From NCBI GenBank assembly GCA_037441705.1, contig JBBIRR010000025.1, positions 1 to 64,000 of the forward strand: a stretch of DNA of 64,000 nucleotides, in the 5' to 3' direction. Below are positions 60,549 to 64,000 of this stretch, one piece after another. Position numbers and translations under genes: made by a program. The notes under the pieces were generated by a model that made no database searches, was not told the DNA's origin, and saw only the letters and a program-made list of their open reading frames with translations. This stretch comes from Ignavibacteriales bacterium. GTDB lineage: Bacteria > Bacteroidota > Ignavibacteria > UBA10030 > UBA6906. Position 1 is the first letter of the stretch, and each line of letters begins with the position of its first letter.

Positions 60549-63500
60549 CTACTCAACTTGCTGCGCGACCTCTCCCGTCGCTGCTGCGGGTCGTTTGAAC
60601 ATCCGCATCAGCCTTACCTTCAGCGCAGCGTTCCATTCCTCAAGAAGCGAGTAGAACGTTGGAATAATGACCAACGTCAGGAAGGTCGAGACCGACAGGC
60701 CAAAGATGATGGCAACACCGAGCGGACGCCAGAAATCGGCACTCTCCGCTCCGACCACAAAACGGAATCCTCTCCAATCGAAATCCACTCCCGTCGCCAG
60801 CGGCAGAATGCCAAGTACGGTAGTCGCTGCCGTCAGCACCACCGGGCGAAGCCGCGTCCTGCCTGCTTCGATCAATGACTCGTCCAACGTCATTCCCTCC
60901 TCTCGAAGATGTTTTGTGAAGTCGAGCAAAACGATGGCGTTCTTTACGACAATGCCCGCCAACGCCACGATGCCCACGCCGGTCATTATAACACTAAAAG
61001 GAGTGAATGTCACCAACAGACCGATGAACACGCCGATGAGGGAAAGAGGAATCGAAAGCATGATCACCAGCGGCACTTTGACGGAATTGAATTCCGTTAC
61101 CACCACAAAAAACACTAACAGCAGCGTAATGAAGAATGCATCGCGCAGGAACGCCTCTGCCTTTGCTCGCTCCTCATCCTCGCCCGAATAGCTGATCGTG
61201 TAGCCCGAGGGAAGTTCGAGCGATGCGAGCGCCTGCTTCACGTCGTTCAGCACGTCGGCTGCGAGCCTGCCTTGTGCATCTGCCGTAATGGTGATGACAC
61301 GCTTCTGGTCCTTTCGGTAGATGTCGGCAATGCCCGACGTCTGCCGGATGGTGGCTACGGCCACCAGAGGAACAGAAAGAAGTTTCCCCTGCTTGTTCAT
61401 GAAGGTGACGTGGAGATTCTCGAGGTCGGAAATGCTGGAACGTTGGTCCTCGCGCAAGCGCACGCGAATCTTGTACTCGTCCTCTCCGACGCGATACTTC
61501 GACGCTTCGGCCCCGTTGATGGCCGAGCGCACCGTGCCGGCGATCTGCCCCGTATTCATCCACAACAGCGCGGCCCTTTCTCGGTCAACCTCGATGTTGA
61601 CTTCAGGTTTGCCGGGATTGTAGTTGTCCTTCATATCCACAAGCCCGGGTATGGTTTTCAGGCGCTGCTGGATGCGTTGTGAAAGGGCGACGAGCGTCGG
61701 GTAATCTGTTCCGGCGATTTCGATACTCACCGGTGCACCGACCGGAGGCCCCATCGCCTGGCGCGTGACTTTGAGTTTGGTGTCCGGAATGCCGGTCGCC
61801 TGCGAACGCACTTCCTCCAACGTCACAACGCTGCTTTGAGAGCGCTTCGCTTTCTCATAAAAATTGATCGCGATCTGTCCCTTGTTGGACGTTCCCTGCC
61901 CGCCAAAATCGAAGATGTTATCGGATGTCCCGATCGTCGTTACAACAAACTCCATGTCCCGCGCGCCGCGCACCTGCGCGAATCGCCGTTCGAGGATCTC
62001 GGCAATGCCGTTGGTAACCTCGAGCGACGTACCCGCAGGTGCCTCGATGTTGACGCGAATCTGGTTGGGCTGTGTGTCGGGAAAGAACGCGATCCCTTTG
62101 TTCAGAAGGATGTAAACGACTGTTACCAGAACGAGAAAGCCGAACGCGGCCGCAACCGTCAGGCGTTTGTGCTGCAAAGTCCACGTCAACGTTTTGACAT
62201 AGCGCGCCACGGCGGCGGGGAAAAATCGCTCATCCACTTTGTGGTAGATGATGGTAATAGGATTGTATCGCCTGTACCAGCGCGGATGTTCAAGGCTTTC
62301 TTTCGCTTTCTTGATTTCTTTCCTGTAATCGATCCAGCGGGCGCCTTGCACAGGACTGATGACAAACGCGACCAGCAGCGAGCTGCCCAGCGTGATGATA
62401 AGTGTCAAAGGCAGATACTTCATGAAGTCGCCCACAATGCCGGGCCAGAACATGAGAGGAATGAACGCCGATACCGTGGTTGCAGTTGAGGTGAGGACGG
62501 GGATTGCCACTTGCGCTGTCGCCCGCTTTGCTGCAACGTCCGGAGGCTCGCTGTAGACCTGCTGATGACGGTAGATATTCTCCACCACGACGATGGCATC
62601 ATCAACGAGAATCCCCAGCACGAGGACCAGCGAGAAGAGCACGACAATGTTCAGCGTGATTCCGTACAGGGAAAGAATCGTGAAACCGATAAGCATCGAG
62701 AGCGGGATGGCGGTGGAAATCAACAACGAGTTCTTGAAGCCGAAAAACATGAACAGGCACACCACCACCAGAAACATCCCCGTCATGATGCTGTTTTCCA
62801 GCTCGAACACCATCCGATTGATGAAAACGGATTGATCATTCGTAATCTCAATTTTCAGATTCGGGGGAAGGTGTTCTTGTTCTCGGCTGACGATGTCTTT
62901 GACCTCGCGGGCAATGCGTACCAGGTTCTCGCCGGCACGTTTGCGTACTGCAAGCGTGACCACTTCATGCCCGTTCAAGCGGGAGTAGGTCTTGCGATCT
63001 TCGAACGACGCATACACCTGCGCCACATCTCGAACATAGATAGGCTTGCCGCCCTGCAGCTTGATGACGATGTCCTCAATCGGCTTGACATCCTTGTACT
63101 CGCCCGGGACGCGGACGGAGTAGGCGATCTCCTTCGTATCAATGGAGCCGCCGGGAATGGAGACATTCTCGTTCTTGATGGCGTTGACGACATCGTCGAA
63201 GCCGATGCGGTATTCGTTCAGGAGATTCACGTCGCAGTTGACCTGAATTTCCGGCTCGAGGCCGCCCGTGAGATCGGCACGGAGCACGCCCTGAACCGAC
63301 TCGATCTTTTTCTTGAGGTCGTCGGCAATCGTCTTGAGGCGCGCAACGCCATACGGGCCGCCGATGTTCACGTACATGATCGGAAACTCGCTGATATTGA
63401 TCTCGCTCACCACCGGATCGAGAATATCGGCAGGAAGCTCGTTGCGCGTCGAGTTCACCTTGTCGCGCACACGGCGCAGTGCCTCGTCAATGTCCACGCC

Positions 63501-63791
63501 GACCTCAAACTCAACGCTGACCGTTGAAAGCCCTTCCTTGGAGACAGAGGTGATATGTTTGATGTCTTTGAGCGATTTGATTGCGCGCTCCAACGGCTGG
63601 GTAACAAGTCCTTCGACATCCGTCGGCGCTACGCCGATGTAGGGAACGGAGATGATGATGTAGGGGATGCGTACATCCGGTGAGGCTTCACGCGGAAGTC
63701 CGACGTACGAATTCCATCCTACCACAATTACCAGCAGAATGAAAATGTAGACTGCAACTTTGTTGTCAACTGCTGCATTCCAGGGACGCAT
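60549..63791 (-). CDS. RND efflux transporter permease (AcrB/AcrD/AcrF family)
   Basis: GILVDDAIVVVENIYR, GIVVKNAIVL, RLRPVVLT; two large periplasmic loops. Confidence 0.95.
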   Translation of the reverse strand: MRPWNAAVDNKVAVYIFILLVIVVGWNSYVGLPREASPDVRIPYIIISVPYIGVAPTDVEGLVTQPLERAIKSLKDIKHITSVSKEGLSTVSVEFEVGVDIDEALRRVRDKVNSTRNELPADILDPVVSEINISEFPIMYVNIGGPYGVARLKTIADDLKKKIESVQGVLRADLTGGLEPEIQVNCDVNLLNEYRIGFDDVVNAIKNENVSIPGGSIDTKEIAYSVRVPGEYKDVKPIEDIVIKLQGGKPIYVRDVAQVYASFEDRKTYSRLNGHEVVTLAVRKRAGENLVRIAREVKDIVSREQEHLPPNLKIEITNDQSVFINRMVFELENSIMTGMFLVVVCLFMFFGFKNSLLISTAIPLSMLIGFTILSLYGITLNIVVLFSLVLVLGILVDDAIVVVENIYRHQQVYSEPPDVAAKRATAQVAIPVLTSTATTVSAFIPLMFWPGIVGDFMKYLPLTLIITLGSSLLVAFVISPVQGARWIDYRKEIKKAKESLEHPRWYRRYNPITIIYHKVDERFFPAAVARYVKTLTWTLQHKRLTVAAAFGFLVLVTVVYILLNKGIAFFPDTQPNQIRVNIEAPAGTSLEVTNGIAEILERRFAQVRGARDMEFVVTTIGTSDNIFDFGGQGTSNKGQIAINFYEKAKRSQSSVVTLEEVRSQATGIPDTKLKVTRQAMGPPVGAPVSIEIAGTDYPTLVALSQRIQQRLKTIPGLVDMKDNYNPGKPEVNIEVDRERAALLWMNTGQIAGTVRSAINGAEASKYRVGEDEYKIRVRLREDQRSSISDLENLHVTFMNKQGKLLSVPLVAVATIRQTSGIADIYRKDQKRVITITADAQGRLAADVLNDVKQALASLELPSGYTISYSGEDEERAKAEAFLRDAFFITLLLVFFVVVTEFNSVKVPLVIMLSIPLSLIGVFIGLLVTFTPFSVIMTGVGIVALAGIVVKNAIVLLDFTKHLREEGMTLDESLIEAGRTRLRPVVLTAATTVLGILPLATGVDFDWRGFRFVVGAESADFWRPLGVAIIFGLSVSTFLTLVIIPTFYSLLEEWNAALKVRLMRMFKRPAAATGEVAQQVE

Positions 63792-63820
63792 GGGACATTT
63801 CTTCGTGCTTGTGAGAATGA

Positions 63821-64000
63821 TCAGCGGACGGGTCGTGAGTGCTTCTCATCGTCCGCCGGCATAACCATCACCGGTTGTTCGGCAGAGACATCTCTGAATC
63901 CGCGCGTAATCACCCGATCTCCTGCTTTCAGGCCCGAAAGGATTTGCACAAGGTTCCCTTGCCTGCCGCCGAGCTGCACGAGTCGTTCTTGTGCCTTCCC
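63821..64000 (-). CDS. C-terminal part of an RND periplasmic adaptor (partial; runs off the window)
   Basis: Translation GKAQERLVQLGGRQGNLVQILSGLKAGDRVITRG...* is a typical MFP C-terminus, upstream of the RND gene. Confidence 0.8.
   Translation of the reverse strand, partial: GKAQERLVQLGGRQGNLVQILSGLKAGDRVITRGFRDVSAEQPVMVMPADDEKHSRPVR

Overview
This is a GC-rich bacterial chromosomal segment with about 62 CDSs and one tRNA-Asp. A type IX secretion C-terminal sorting domain (QNYPNPFNPTTTI) and a TAnnTTTG-like promoter suggest an Ignavibacteria/Bacteroidota-Chlorobiota relative; this placement is inference. There is no prophage, CRISPR array or transposase. Contents in order: a large multi-PAS/GAF hybrid histidine kinase; a MacAB-like ABC exporter operon; secreted hydrolases; tRNA-Asp; an 11 kb glutamate dehydrogenase cluster; an ECF sigma/zinc anti-sigma operon; a DUF47-pit pair in which pit has an in-frame TGA; rhodanese; yqeY-mutS2-accC-BCCP-purL; peptidases; tryptophanase; and an RND efflux pump. 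The most unusual element is the cluster at 21150-32292. Three different GDH genes are interleaved with two paralogous ~1000-aa proteins. Each of these fuses tandem receiver(-like) domains to a PPDK/PEP-synthase ATP-grasp domain and a C-terminal His motif (SQGSHFFQN), but lacks the pyruvate-binding barrel. They are candidates for a dikinase-based signalling or regulatory system for glutamate metabolism. All calls come from reading motifs by eye; no searches were run.
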